This document shows, piece by piece, positions 1 through 12,780 of a DNA stretch of 64,000 nucleotides. The stretch spans positions 1,674,001 through 1,738,000 of the forward strand of contig NC_087251.1 in NCBI RefSeq assembly GCF_037042905.1. Reading direction: 5' to 3'. How positions within the stretch are numbered: the stretch's first letter is position 1; the number at the start of each line of letters is the position of its first letter. Under the pieces are notes generated by a model that ran no database searches, was not told the origin of the DNA, and saw nothing but the letters and a program-made list of their open reading frames with translations. Both the position numbers and the translations under genes were made by a program. The DNA is from Lytechinus pictus. Taxonomy: Eukaryota.

Positions 1-3000
1 ACTTGACACCATACACCCAGTATGATATGAGAGTTCAGGTTTGCATTGATACTGGATGTGGAGTAGGACCAAGAGCTTATGCAAGGACATTTGAAGCACC
101 ACCAGAGGAACAGGGTGCCCCTGCCTTAGTATCCACAGGACCAAGTGTAGTAGAAGTCTCATGGGAACCCCCTGCTAAACCAAATGGTATCATCCAACAA
201 TACTTTGTATATCGTAGGCAGTATGGAACAACTCAGGAACTTCTTGTGTTTCTTACTGAAACAGAGCAGAGTTTTGTGAATGCAGGAGGGGGATTGGCTG
301 CATTCAATCTCTATGAATACAGAGTAAGAGCACAAAATTCACAAGGAACCACAGATAGTCCGTGGGCATCCATTAGAACTCAAGAATCTATTCCCATAGG
401 TATTGCTGCACCAAATCTTGTAGCTGTCAGTCCATATGCAGTGCAAGGCACATGGTCACCACCCTCTTCACCGAATGGTATCATTGCCTACTACCGCATT
501 GAGTACCAAGAACGACCAAATGACCCCACAGCCACACCTGCTGTTGTAGTAGCAGCAACAGTAGAAGCCACTGTCCTTCAAACTACATTTTATGGCCTTT
601 TACCTTTCACATCATACCAGGTTCGCATTGTTGCTATCAATGGTGCAGGAGAGACGAGTGGTCCTTGGGGTCCTGTTACAACTCTTCAAGGTGTTCCGGG
701 TGACATTGGACAGTTCTCAGTAGAGCAACAGTCCAATGGTTTAGCTCTGTTATTGAGGTGGGATGAACCTGGACAACCAAACGGTGTCATAACCAATTAC
801 TTCATATATGAGGATGAGTACCTCATTGCACCAATATATACTGGACTCACAAGAGAATATCTCTTTAGGAGATTGACTCCTTACACTGAGTATGTGGTTG
901 TTCTAGAAGCATGTACCAATGTTGGTTGTGGAAGAGGCAATCCACAGACTGTAAGGACTGCTGAAGTAGCCCCTGCTAATCAAGCTCCACCTACCCTTGG
1001 TTTTGTGAATTCCACAGCAGTTGTCCTGAACTGGAAGGCACCTGTGGATCCTAATGGGGCTATTACCCAGTATGATGTTATTAGAAGATCAGCAAGACCT
1101 GCTTCAACAGAGAGAAGGAAGAGGAACACAGATGATAGTGCCTTCACAGTTACAGTCGTCATTCATTCTGAGTACAACACTGATGACGAAGACTACACCT
1201 TCGTTGATAACTCTTTGCAACCATATCACATCTATGAGTATCGCATTCGCTCCATCAACTCTCAGGGTTCTGTAGACAGTGACTGGGTCCAGGTAGAGAC
1301 TGACCAGGCTGCTCCTCTTGGTGTAGCACCTCCCACTGTTAATCACATCACCAATACTCCCGGATCACTTGTTATTGGATGGACAGCTCCCACAGAAAGT
1401 AATGGCATCATCACTGGGTATCGACTGCAGAGGAATAGTAGCACTCCTTTCAGTTTTGAGGCAGATTATGGATTCCAGTTTACAGATATGAATCTTCAGG
1501 CATTCACCATATATGTCTATACCATCACAGTATGTACCCAGGGTGGCTGCACCACAAGCTCAGCCACCTCCATCAGAACTTTAGAGACAGCTCCCACATT
1601 TGTTGATCCACCAAGTCCAGTCGCTATCAGCTCTAGTCAGATCATGGTCAACTGGACAGTACCTTCCATTGCTAGTGGTGAGATCGTCCAGTATCGTCTA
1701 AAGGTTGATGATGAGGTACGATACAGTGGTTTAGGCCTTTCTACTACCATCAGTGGTCTGATTGCACACCAGGAGTACACATTTGTCCTTGAAGCTTGTA
1801 CTTCTGGTGGTTGTACTGACAGTCCAGAGGCTTTAGCTCGTCCATTTGAAGCACCCCCTATAGGAATGAATCCACCTTTGTTGAGGGTTCTTAGTGCTAC
1901 AGCCATTGAAGCAAGCTGGTCTGAACCCAATGAACCCAATGGTATCATATCACGTTATGAGTTACGTAGAGATGGAAAACTAGTATATGATGGTGATGCC
2001 CAAAGGTACCAGGATTTTGGTGATGGAGGACTAGGACTAACCCCAGGTCAGCAGTACTCCTATGTCATCACAGCCTTCAACAGCCGGGGTCATGCTATAA
2101 GTGATGCAGCCGTAATTACTACTTCTTCATCCTCACCAGCTGGTTTGAGTCCACCAATTGTCACCCCTTTTTCTTCACAAATCATCAGTGCCACTTGGCA
2201 GCCTCCAGCATTCCCCAATGGTGAAATCCAAAACTACACCCTTTATGTAGACAACAATATTGTCTACTCTGGAAGGCTATTTAGCTTTGACATCCGGGGC
2301 TTGGACTTCTACACCTTGTATGAGATCCGTGTAGAAGCTTGCACCACTTCAGGTTGTGCTCTAAGTGACAGTGTGGAAGCAAGAACCTTTGAGCATACTC
2401 CTAGTGATCAGGTAGCTCCTTCTCTGGAACCTTTGGCCGACAACCTTGGCATTGCAAGTGGTATCCGTGCAGTTTGGAATGCACCAAGTAATGAGAATGG
2501 CATCATCATTGGCTATGAACTCTACCGGAGGAGTGTGGATCGCATGACAGGAAGGAGATCTGACCCATCCTTGTTGGTCAACACTACCCTGAGGGAGTAT
2601 GTAGACATGGATCCATCACTGATACCTGATGAAACATATGAGTACTTGGTAGTATCCTTCAACTCTGTAGGAGATGCATCCAGTCCTTGGGCCTCTGTCA
2701 GGATGCTGGAAGCACCACCACAGGTATGATAATGTTTTACTTTATTCTGATAAACACAAAATGCTAAGATCCTTTCAGCCATCACAATATAAAATACTTA
2801 TTTTCATATTGCTATCAAGAGCTTGCAATATCAAGTTTAGTAATTAAGGAAAGCATGGTGTTTGTTTGGTGAGGTACATCTGCACAGGTGTAAATCTTTT
2901 TGCTTTTTACCTTCTAGTTATTAATATGGTTAGGATTTTAATCCAAAATAACACCTCTCATGCAAGTCATACATGGATCTCATGTGAGTCCTATATTTCT

Positions 3001-6000
3001 GTGTTGATTGACATGAAACATTGAGTCAAGAGATTGATTTCCATGCCTAATGACTACAGCGAAATTGCATGTATATAGGACAAGTGCTATCTTCCAAAGG
3101 TTTAGTTATTTATAGTACTTTGAGAAATTGCCATTAGTGTTGCATCATGCAAGTCATGATAAAAGGTCTAAAATCTTAAACATGACTATACATCACAGAT
3201 TCATGCTGAATATTGATCACATTGTCTAAGAGTGGTATGAAATGATTTAACTCATTTGTGTCATGTCTGTGATGTCCTTTCTCTACTAGGGTCTCTTGCC
3301 ACCTCTGGTGTCTGAACTAGAAGCCACAAGTCTAAGCCTGACTATTCAAGAACCAAGTCAGCCAAATGGAGCCATCCAAAGATATGTCATCTACAGGAAT
3401 GGGACTGTGGTAAGTGTTGCTGGTTGGAACTTATTCTTGCTATTTTGAAAAACCGGTCTTAACATTCTGAGAGAACTGATGATATATAAATATATACGTG
3501 CGTATCTTGGTCTAGATGTACTGCACATGGTTTTCTTATTATTTCTACTACTAGTATATTATATAATTTTCATATTTCACAGATCATTGTAGAATAGACA
3601 AGGTTTAACACAAGTTGAAAGGATTATTCAGAAGGGCAGAACGACAAGTTTGGACAATGAATGTGAAGGGGCACCTTTTGTCCTGTGCTCTCAATATTTC
3701 TTGTCAAAGCCCATCGTTCTACCACATCTGAGGTAATCTTTCATATCAGGATTGAAATGATAGGGTATTATTTAAATACTTTTTTGAAGGTTTGAGCATG
3801 ATCATTTTTTTCATCCCATATTGCTTTATCTTTCAGCTAAGCCAGACAACACTAACCAGCTATAGGGATTCTGATCTCCTTCCATACACCACCTACTCCT
3901 ACTCAGTAGAGGCCTGTACATCAGGGGGATGTACTACCAGTGATGCGGTTACAGTGACAACCATTCAGATGGCACCAAGTGGACTGGATTCTCCTGTTGT
4001 ACTTCAAACTGAGTCTACATGGATCCAACTGAGCTGGGATTACCCGACAAACACTAATGGAATTATTACTAAGTATGTTGAATTATAGTTTTTTTTAATG
4101 GTAATTTATACATGTATCTAGTCATTACTTTCACTACTGAATTTATTAATTCTCATATTTTTCGTTCAAGGATTGCCTGGTTTTAGAAGGCAGCATGCTA
4201 AGTATTGATTAATTTACTGTAATAAATCTTTATACCTCCAAAAATGTTCTGGTCTCTCAACAAAGCAAATAAGACATGCATTTTAATACACAGAATGGTT
4301 GTCTGTATGTGTTTGGTGCACCCATTCCCCCTTTGATACTGCTACCTCCTTTATTTGATATTTACTTGTTTCTCATTCTAGCGTATTGTCCTTTTTTTTT
4401 GTTAGAGAAGAAAAGACCACACCGTATTGAAGATATGCTTTGATGAAAAAGTATTGACTATTGTAGGTCTGTAGCTTGGCAGACTCTTTCATATTATTCA
4501 TCAATCAAGCAAGTTCCTTTCTTTACCAGTCTTGTTACCCATTGCATGGGTTTCCGAATCATGAATCTTTATATTCCATCTCCTTTTCTTGTAGGTTTCA
4601 GCTGCTATTCCGACCAGGTTGTCCTCTCACAACCCAGCCTTTTGAGCAGACCTGTCCCTTTGAGGACTACAGTTCTATTGATAAGGACCTGGCGCTCACT
4701 CATAATGTCACTGGTTTAAGACCCTATACCCGCTATGAATTTGTGGTAGTTGCTTTTAATGATGCTGGTCGGGTGGAGTCATCTCCAGTTCAAGAAAGTA
4801 CACTTTCAGCATGTGAGTATAGGATATCAATCCTCTATATATTTTTATATGTTTATTTGAATTACAGATATGCACTGCAAACTCCAAGAAATATATTGTT
4901 TTTATTTTAGAATGATTATCATCTAATACATAACTGTCTGCCATCATTTTTTTTCAAAACATCAAGGTATATTTTCATCTCTAATGTTGCGGTATAGCCT
5001 AGGGGTCAAAGTCTGATATATCCTGTCATTTATTTTCACTTTCTGTGAAGTACATGATGCTGCATTGTTTGTTTGGGGGGTTTTGTTTATATTTTGAAAT
5101 ATATTTTCAGGACTTTACTTTTGAACTCACATTTTGTATTTATTGGTAGGGCCAAACGATTCAGATTTCCAAAGCCTTCACAAAGTCAATCATTCCCTTC
5201 TTGCCCTAGAGCTTTATGCTTCTTTCTTGATTTTTGCTTGATACAAATAAATAACAAAGAATTTATTTTCTGTATTATGTTTTGTGAATACCGTCAGTGC
5301 CTGTGTTTGTGAGCGGTAGCAAACCTTCCATCAGTAGCAACACTAATAACAGTCTTATCACAGTCAACTGGGCTCAGAGCTTTGTACTCAATAGTATGCT
5401 CAGAGAGTATATCTTAGTAGAGAATGGTGATACAGTCTACAGTGGGATAGCTACTACGGTTACAAGGCCTCTAAAGGATACAGGTAAACAGTGAAAGGAG
5501 TCCATTCTTTTTTGTTAGTGGTACATAGAATGGTAATACAGTGGGCAACTGCAGTGGAATTGGCCTTGATACAAGGAAAAAATACATTAGTGTTCTGGAA
5601 TATTTGTATGAAGAGCTTGAATCAGGATTCTAATATTTCTCATATTAAGAAAATTGTTATATCAGAAACTGTTGTCTAGATGTTTGACTTCTCAATGAAA
5701 TATGGGATAAAAAGAAGTAGTTGTTCAGTAGTCTAGATTTGTTAAGTGATATGTTGTAAACGAACAATTTGAGGGTTTCAAGAACTTTGATTAAGAGATT
5801 TGCTGTGAGCCAATCATAGTTTGTCTCTTCATGGAAGTCTGTAATCTGCCTTGATTGAATTCCCAGTATATTGGAGAATATTGCAAATCTCATTTCTTTA
5901 GAACATTAGAGTCTACATCAATTAACTGTTGACTCCAAATATATCAAATATATATATATATATATCGATGTGGTGACAATACGATGTAGACATACACAAA

Positions 6001-8712
6001 CTTCATGATTGCTTCTAATGTATATCATACTGCCATGGATGTGAATAAAAAAATAATTTGAATGTCCTTTCTCTCTTTGTCTCTTCCTGGTTCAGAATAT
6101 GAATTCATAGTGAGTTGTGTTACATCTACCGGCAGTGTATCTTATCCTACAATCATTTATCAGCCTCCATGTAAGTCTCTATTATTATAACATCAGAAAT
6201 GTTTGTCGTTGTGCATCATGGGGTATTTGTAAGATAGGGAAGTTAAGAAAGTATCTTGATAAATCATCTACTGAACGTATAGTACATGCCTTTGTATCAT
6301 CCCATTTGGATTATTGTAATGCTTTACTTGCTGGTTTACCTCAATCTAGTATATCCCCCCTTCAAAGAATTCAAAATACTGCAGCTAGACTGGTAACCCT
6401 CACAAAGAAATTTGAACATATTACCCCTATTCTCTACTCCCTCCATTGGCTTCAGGTTCAAAATAGAATTATTTTCAAGCTCCTTCTCCTTGTCTATAAA
6501 ATCATCCATGGTCTCGCCCCATCCTACCTTCAAAATCTTATCTCTCTTTGTCCCTCATCCTCTGCAACTCAACGTCTCCGATCTTCTTCTACTGCTCACC
6601 TTCGACTTTCTCTAGGACCCCGCACTTTTACCCGTTACGGCGATCGTGCCTTTTCTGCTCTTGCCCCTAAACTCTGGAACAATCTCCCCATCTCCATCCG
6701 TAATGCATCCACTGTCGAATCTTTCAAAACACTCCTCAAATCTTACCTCATTAAGCAGTCCTCTTAATTCCATATCCTGTTCTCTCTCACTGTATTTTGT
6801 TACTTCTTTTTTTTTTTCTCTCTTTCCAAAGTGCTTAGAAACTGTTGTATTAAGCGCTATATAAATGTTAATTATTATTATTATTATTATTACTTAATGA
6901 TCATTGCTAATATTATTGTTATTACCATAATAAATGTTAAATATATTTCGTTCAAACCTTTTTTTTTCATTTCTGATTTTTAATAGTCGTATAAAGTTGA
7001 TGTGTAAAAATATGTTCAGAAAAATAAAGGCAAATCAGGCACAAACAATGCTCAATCTGTACAAGCAGCATTGCATGTGAAGACAGAAATACATAAATTA
7101 AGTCTGTTTGCTTTTCATTCTAGCTACTGGAGGACCTCAACCAGAAGCCCAGACCCAGTGGTATAGCTCTGTATGGTTCATTGCTATCATGGTCTTACTG
7201 GGTGTGGTCATCATCTTCATCCTCGTTGCCATTGTCCTTAGTCGAACTGGAACACGCAAGCCTTATGCTAGAGAGAGGACTCCTCTACCGCCAAGACAGA
7301 GGAAAGCTCATAACTTCACCTTCTCATCTATGTTACCCAGATATCCAGAATCAGAGAGTATACTGGTAAGGACAAAACCTGTCAAGAGATGGGGAAAACC
7401 TTAAAATTCAACTAAATGATAACTAAATTCACAAAGGATTTTCCTATTAATAACCAATTCTTGAGGTTTTTTTTATGTGAGTGTATGTTCACAGAAACAG
7501 AAAATGACACAAGAATATGTTTCCTTTATAAAGTTTATGATGGGCATTATGGGTGTATTGATGCTTATGTTAATACACTTACATATATTTTGATTTGACC
7601 GTGCCTTCTTTTTGGTCTGGACGACATAGACTTCATTGGAAGAAGATATCTTGAGAAACAACCTCTGAATCTTTTGTTCATTTGTGAACCCATTTTGATA
7701 AGAGAGGTATGAGAGTAACTGAAGACTGCATTCACAAGGAGCAAACTTGTTCACATTAAAAATGCTCTAATAGTAACACTGGAGCAAGTATAGATTTGGT
7801 AATAATCACCTTCCATGCGTAATATGTCAATGTCTTCATCTCCTGTACAGCATTTCAATTTGTCTTCTGTACTTGTTTGATATTCCATTCATTACTTTAT
7901 TATGATTTCATTGTAGGATCCAATCCCTCAGGCCATCAGTCGACATTCTAGTATGCACAGCTTACACAATACATATTATAACCCAGCATTCCCTGTGCCG
8001 TCACCGCCCCGCCCTACTAGTAGAACATCTGAAGTGATGGATAAGAACTCTCTTAAATACCTTGATGATGATGATGGTGTAGCTGCTTGGGATAATACTA
8101 CACCTCTTCCTCCTAAGATGGATTCAGGCATGGTTAGCTTAGTAAGTGTACATCAATTACATTCACATTTAATCCTTTCTATGTTTGATTGGCAATAGTG
8201 TTAATTTATTTTCATTGCTTCGTTCTTGAAGTGATATATCTTGGGGACAAAATGCCTTTCACATTACCCTTCTCAGTTGATTGAGAGTTTTGATGTAAAG
8301 AGCCAAAACAAGTGGGGCTCAACTTTAGGGTCAGATATCTTCAAATGGATTTTTTTACTGCATTTATAGTTTTGCCTGGTCAGGTCCTTTTAATGAACTT
8401 TGTTGTTCACTCTATGTGCTTAAAGATAAGTGATTCCACAGGTGACTGTCATTTTAATCCAAAGTATTCAGTAATTTTATCAAGAAAGTGAGTCAAGTTA
8501 TGACTTCTCCATCATTATATTATCCTAGAGTCTGGTCTTTCTTTCATTATTTCTCCAATATGTTTTTTAAATAGCTCTTTTAATCCATTTCATTACATTT
8601 TTCTCTTTCTTTCCATTTTCTTCCACAGTTTGAAGATGATGCTATGACCCATATCAGCCAGCCATACAGCTATACTAAAGAACAGACTATGTTTACCGAC
8701 ACACATTTATGA
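1..8712 (+). CDS. USH2A: Usherin (USH2A orthologue), 3' part; gene begins upstream of the window
   Basis: GT-AG exons join in frame: <1-2723, 3290-3409, 3837-4072, 4595-4812, 5298-5483, 6096-6170, 7124-7365, 7917-8132 (or 8141), 8629-8712 (TGA). The product has tandem FN3 repeats with usherin-type 'W..P..PNG.I..Y' and 'ACT.GGC' motifs and a TM helix (WFIAIMVLLGVVIIFILVAIVL). The tail KEQTMFTDTHL* matches the usherin class I PDZ-binding motif DTHL. Confidence 0.95.
6190..6892 (+). mobile_element. 5'-truncated L2-type LINE (ORF2 C-terminus plus 3' tail) in a USH2A intron
   Basis: The ORF ending at 6767 reads ...VHAFVSSHLDYCNALLAGLP...LQRIQNTAARL...HITPILYSLHWL..., typical of L2-clade ORF2 C-termini. 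It is followed by AAGCGCTATATAAAT and a (TTA)n tail. Confidence 0.85.
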
Positions 8713-10729
8713 TCCACAGTTACGTATATATATCTCCAGGACCAATTTTTTTCATAAATGTTTGTATTTGTTTGAGTGAGATGTAATAAAATTGTAGATC
8801 AATAATCAATTAAATTGGTTTGTATAAAGATGTGATATTGTAATTGTATGAATTCTTATTGATATCTTCTTTTGTTTGGGCTGATTTAGGTTTGGAGGAA
8901 AGAACTGAAATACAAAATAAAAGCCAATGTCTCATTTATTTGATTGCTGGTTTAAGATATGATAACTATATGTTTGAAGTATGCCTGTAATAGTGTACAT
9001 ACAGTGACATGTGTAAAAACAGGTCTTTTTGTACGCAAAATTAATGCAATATTATCATTACTATAGAATAACTTGATAGTAGTACATGTGTAATCACATT
9101 CCTGTTCATTACACGTGGCAGCGGAAAATATTTGTACACACTTGGTCTTAATGGTCACTATACTACTACTCTACACTACAGATCGGATGCATCCGAGAAT
9201 GAATCCAAGGTCACAAAGTGGTTTTGATTTCAATCTGTAAATGACAACAGCACTCAACAGTACACCTTACTGAAGTCTAAATTCCTTATCAGTGACTATT
9301 TAGGAATCCTAGTAAGTCAGTATTCACAGTAAAATATTTGGTAAGTGTTAGTATTTGCAAATTGACGTTGTAGGCTGAAAAGATTTACAGTCATCCCTTT
9401 TCTTTATGGTTGCTGACAATTTTGATTGTCTGTATTGAAGTGTGTCTTGTTTTCTGCGTTCTTTGAAACTTATCTTTTTGTTGTATGTTTTCATGGATTG
9501 TTTAAAATATTGGCTGAATTTCATTTTATTTAGTTAAATATATTGAAACACAATCTGAAGCACACTTGAACAAAATTGATAAAAAAGCACAATCATACAA
9601 ATAAAACTCTGATGTGAGTCATGATTGTTAAGTCATATTTTCAATTTGACAAAAAATATTACAAGAAAATAATAATTGAAATCATGATATTGGCAACACA
9701 ATGGAAATATCATAATTTATCTCTCCATGCAATAGGCAAGGTTCTAACTTTGACATATATTTTTTATTCATTTTTCGTACAAAAGCTTGAAATAAATAAT
9801 GCAGCAACATTAGAAACATTTTCGATGTATTGTTTGACACAAGGTATGTTATATAGATATTGTGAAAGACTTAGCATTTGTTTTTAGTAAATAACTGAAT
9901 TTCATGCAGCTTCGAATAGAAGGTAATTTGTAGCAGTAAATTGGTGTGCGTGTTTACATTCAATTGGGTGTTCTCATGAAGGTAAATTTACTGCTAATTT
10001 TTCAACATGGCTGCAATTTTTTACTCTTCTGAGTACTGCATTTTTGTATAGATTTTTTTATGAAGTACTTAGAGAATTCAAAATGTGTATTTTAGTAATG
10101 AAAGAATGTATATTTAAAGTTTTAGCAGATAAATTGGACTGAAAATCACCTTGATATCTTGTACTATAATGAGTAGTTAACTAATAAGTTCAAAGTTGAT
10201 TTAATATACGTATTTCTACAAATGAAGATAATATATCAACTCTTTAAGAATAGATCATGTGATATCTTGTCTGATATGTGTGTCAGAATTTTTTTAAAAC
10301 ATAATTTTGTTTATGAAGTGAGAATAAATAGAATAGTGATATAAATCATATTTGATCAGAGTAGAAGTCCACATGTATAGATACTAGATTTACCAATCAT
10401 GCATGATTAATTACTTTTGATCGTTGTGCCATATGGAAAATATTAATTAAATTTGTCTCATGATGTTATTGCCTCCTAGGAAAGCTAATAATATGGCAGG
10501 TTTATTTTATATCCTTTTTTTAGATTACTCTTAATCTTTACTATAACCACCTTGAGGCTAGACATGTTTATAAGCCCTTTCTGTCATATACTTTGCAATA
10601 TAAAGTATGTGAATCCAACACACTTTCAGTATTAAAAAATAAAAGTGATGCCCCATATTTGATTCTAGAAGGATTAGGGTTCATATGAGGCAACCTGGCA
10701 GAATGATTTTTTTTATTGGAGTAATCCAT

Positions 10730-11003
10730 ATTCCACTATCTTTTGGGTTGCTGTCTGTATAAAGGATTCTTCTATTCTGTGTCATTTCGTTCCATCTAGT
10801 TTAGGCAAGCAACAAGTTGATAGCAATCTGTAATGTTATAGATGGGTACCCAACAGGATTAATTCCTTGAATTCACAGCATGGAGATTCTGATTGGCAGC
10901 TTGCGCTGAAGCATTGGTAGTTATAATAGTGCACCCCGGAATAGATTATTTATAAATAGATGGCGCTGTATAATTGCTGCCTATTATTATCATTGTTATT
11001 ATT
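10730..11003 (+). mobile_element. Degraded SINE fragment with L2-like 3' tail
   Basis: Ends in GGCGCTGTATAATTG...TATTATTATCATTGTTATTATTA, resembling the L2-type tail at 6853-6892. The left boundary is approximate. Confidence 0.4.
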
Positions 11004-11887
11004 ACAGATGATATTATGGACTTGAGAAAGTTTTACACATCTTATCTTTATGAGAGAATTGTTTATTGAAAAATCCTCAATGCATTATTGATTGTAAATA
11101 TGGCTATATATCTAGCTGAAAATTTCAAAATTGGATCATGTTTTCCTAGCCCATATTTATCACCTTGTAAAGACTATATGTCGAAACTTACAAAACCTTG
11201 ACTATGAATTGTTGCGTCTTTCACTTTTGTGATGATTGTACATGTACCTAGTAACTCTCTATTTTAAAAGTAAATGATGATTTGTATTTTGCTGTGAAAC
11301 TATAATAAAATGCATTTTATTATTAGAATATTGCTTTTGATTTATTTTGTTTTGATGTAAAATTAATATAATTCAATTCAATTATAAAATGTTTTTTTTA
11401 AAATGAATCTTGCTTTGGATTGGTCAAAAGTAAGTCATGCTTAGTGTTCTTATCAATCATCATTCTGCGTAGTGATGTAAGTTTTCAAATTTAGCTGATC
11501 CCTTTAGCCCGGCCATTCAGTCATAATGCACTATTTTGAGTATGCACAAAATTGTTTAGACAAATGTTTTGTTATAATGTACATGGCACTCTCGAAAAGC
11601 AGTTTTAATTGATTTAAGAGACTTCCCTGCTTAAAGATAACAGAGATACATAAATGAAGAAAAGGGCATGTGGCAATATTAATTTTTCCATTTTGCTCCA
11701 TCACATGCAGCAATCATTGCAATATTCCTTTATTATTTCACCAGTAACTTGCTAGAGCAAGATAAATTAAAAGGTAGCTAGTATATTTTAGAACTAATAT
11801 TGCAACTCTTTAGATAATAGTCATGATATCTTATCCTTTTTCATGCCCCCCCCCCCCCAAATTAAAAAGAAAAGCAAGTATTATTTT

Positions 11888-12112
11888 ACCCAGTTGTTGT
11901 GTGTCCGGTCAATCGATTTTAAACAGCCATTGGAAACAGTTCAAGGGAAAAGTTCCATGAATTTTTAGTCTAAACTGTTAAGCAATATTATAGAGAACAA
12001 AACAGACCAATATTACAACTGTTGAATTCATATTTTTATGTGTAATTAAAAGCTTAAAAAGAAGGCTTCAAAATGTTAAAGTGTCGATCCGGACACCCAA
12101 CCCCCATCTACC
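11888..12112 (+). repeat. Dispersed ~225-bp repeat, copy 1
   Basis: CCCAGTTGTTGTGTGTCCGG...AAGAAGGCTTCAAAA...GACACCC...CCCCCATC is similar to 12385-12612 and, inverted, to 63871-64000. Confidence 0.75.
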
Positions 12113-12384
12113 TGTCCCCCCTTGGAAAAAAAGTAGAAAGGGTAAACTGAAAAAAGGACCAAAATATAGCTGGAAGGAGCCTCATTTGATTCATATCTTC
12201 TACTAGTAATTAGTTATAGACCCTGAGCCAAATACGTAATATCTTGCTTTCATTTCGTGAACCTTTCTGAGCTAGTGCTTGGTTCTCGATCGCTCCTAGT
12301 TATCATGTATATCATCTCCATTCTTTTTCCTGGATGAATTGCAGCGCAGCCAAGAAAATAATACTGAAAAAAAATTCTAGTATA

Positions 12385-12612
12385 CCCAGTTGTTGTGTGT
12401 CCGGACAGGTTGTGTGTCCGGACGATCAATTTTAGAAAGTCATTTGGAAAAAATTACAAGCGAAGTTTCATCAAATTTTAGTACAAAATATTATAGAGAA
12501 CAAAATAGAAGATGATTACAACTATTGAATTCATATTTTTAGTGTAATCTTAAGACAAAAAAGAAGGCTTCAAAAATATAAAGTGTTCAGACACCCGATC
12601 CCCCATCCTACC
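12385..12612 (+). repeat. Dispersed ~225-bp repeat, copy 2
   Basis: Diverged direct repeat of 11888-12112; its reverse complement closely matches 63871-64000. Confidence 0.75.
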
Positions 12613-12738
12613 AATTCGATAATTTATACAAAATAATGTAGAAGTTGTCTCTCCTTATTTTATTTTTTTCAAACTTACATTTGATTGTTGAAATTCATAG
12701 TAAATAACCATACAGATGTAAATAACTCTGTTGAAATT

Positions 12739-12780
12739 CAGGGCCCTATATAAACATATATATGTTTATATAGGGCCTTG
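12739..12780. mobile_element. 42-bp palindromic mini-transposon (TIRs only) with 8-bp TSD
   Basis: CAGGGCCCTATATAAACATAT/ATATGTTTATATAGGGCCTTG has 21-bp arms with 1 mismatch. It is flanked by TTGAAATT at 12731-12738 and 12781-12788. Confidence 0.8.

Noticed and set aside
6117..6767. 216-aa ORF as a host gene
   Set aside because: It is an out-of-frame overlap of a USH2A exon running into a truncated LINE ORF2.
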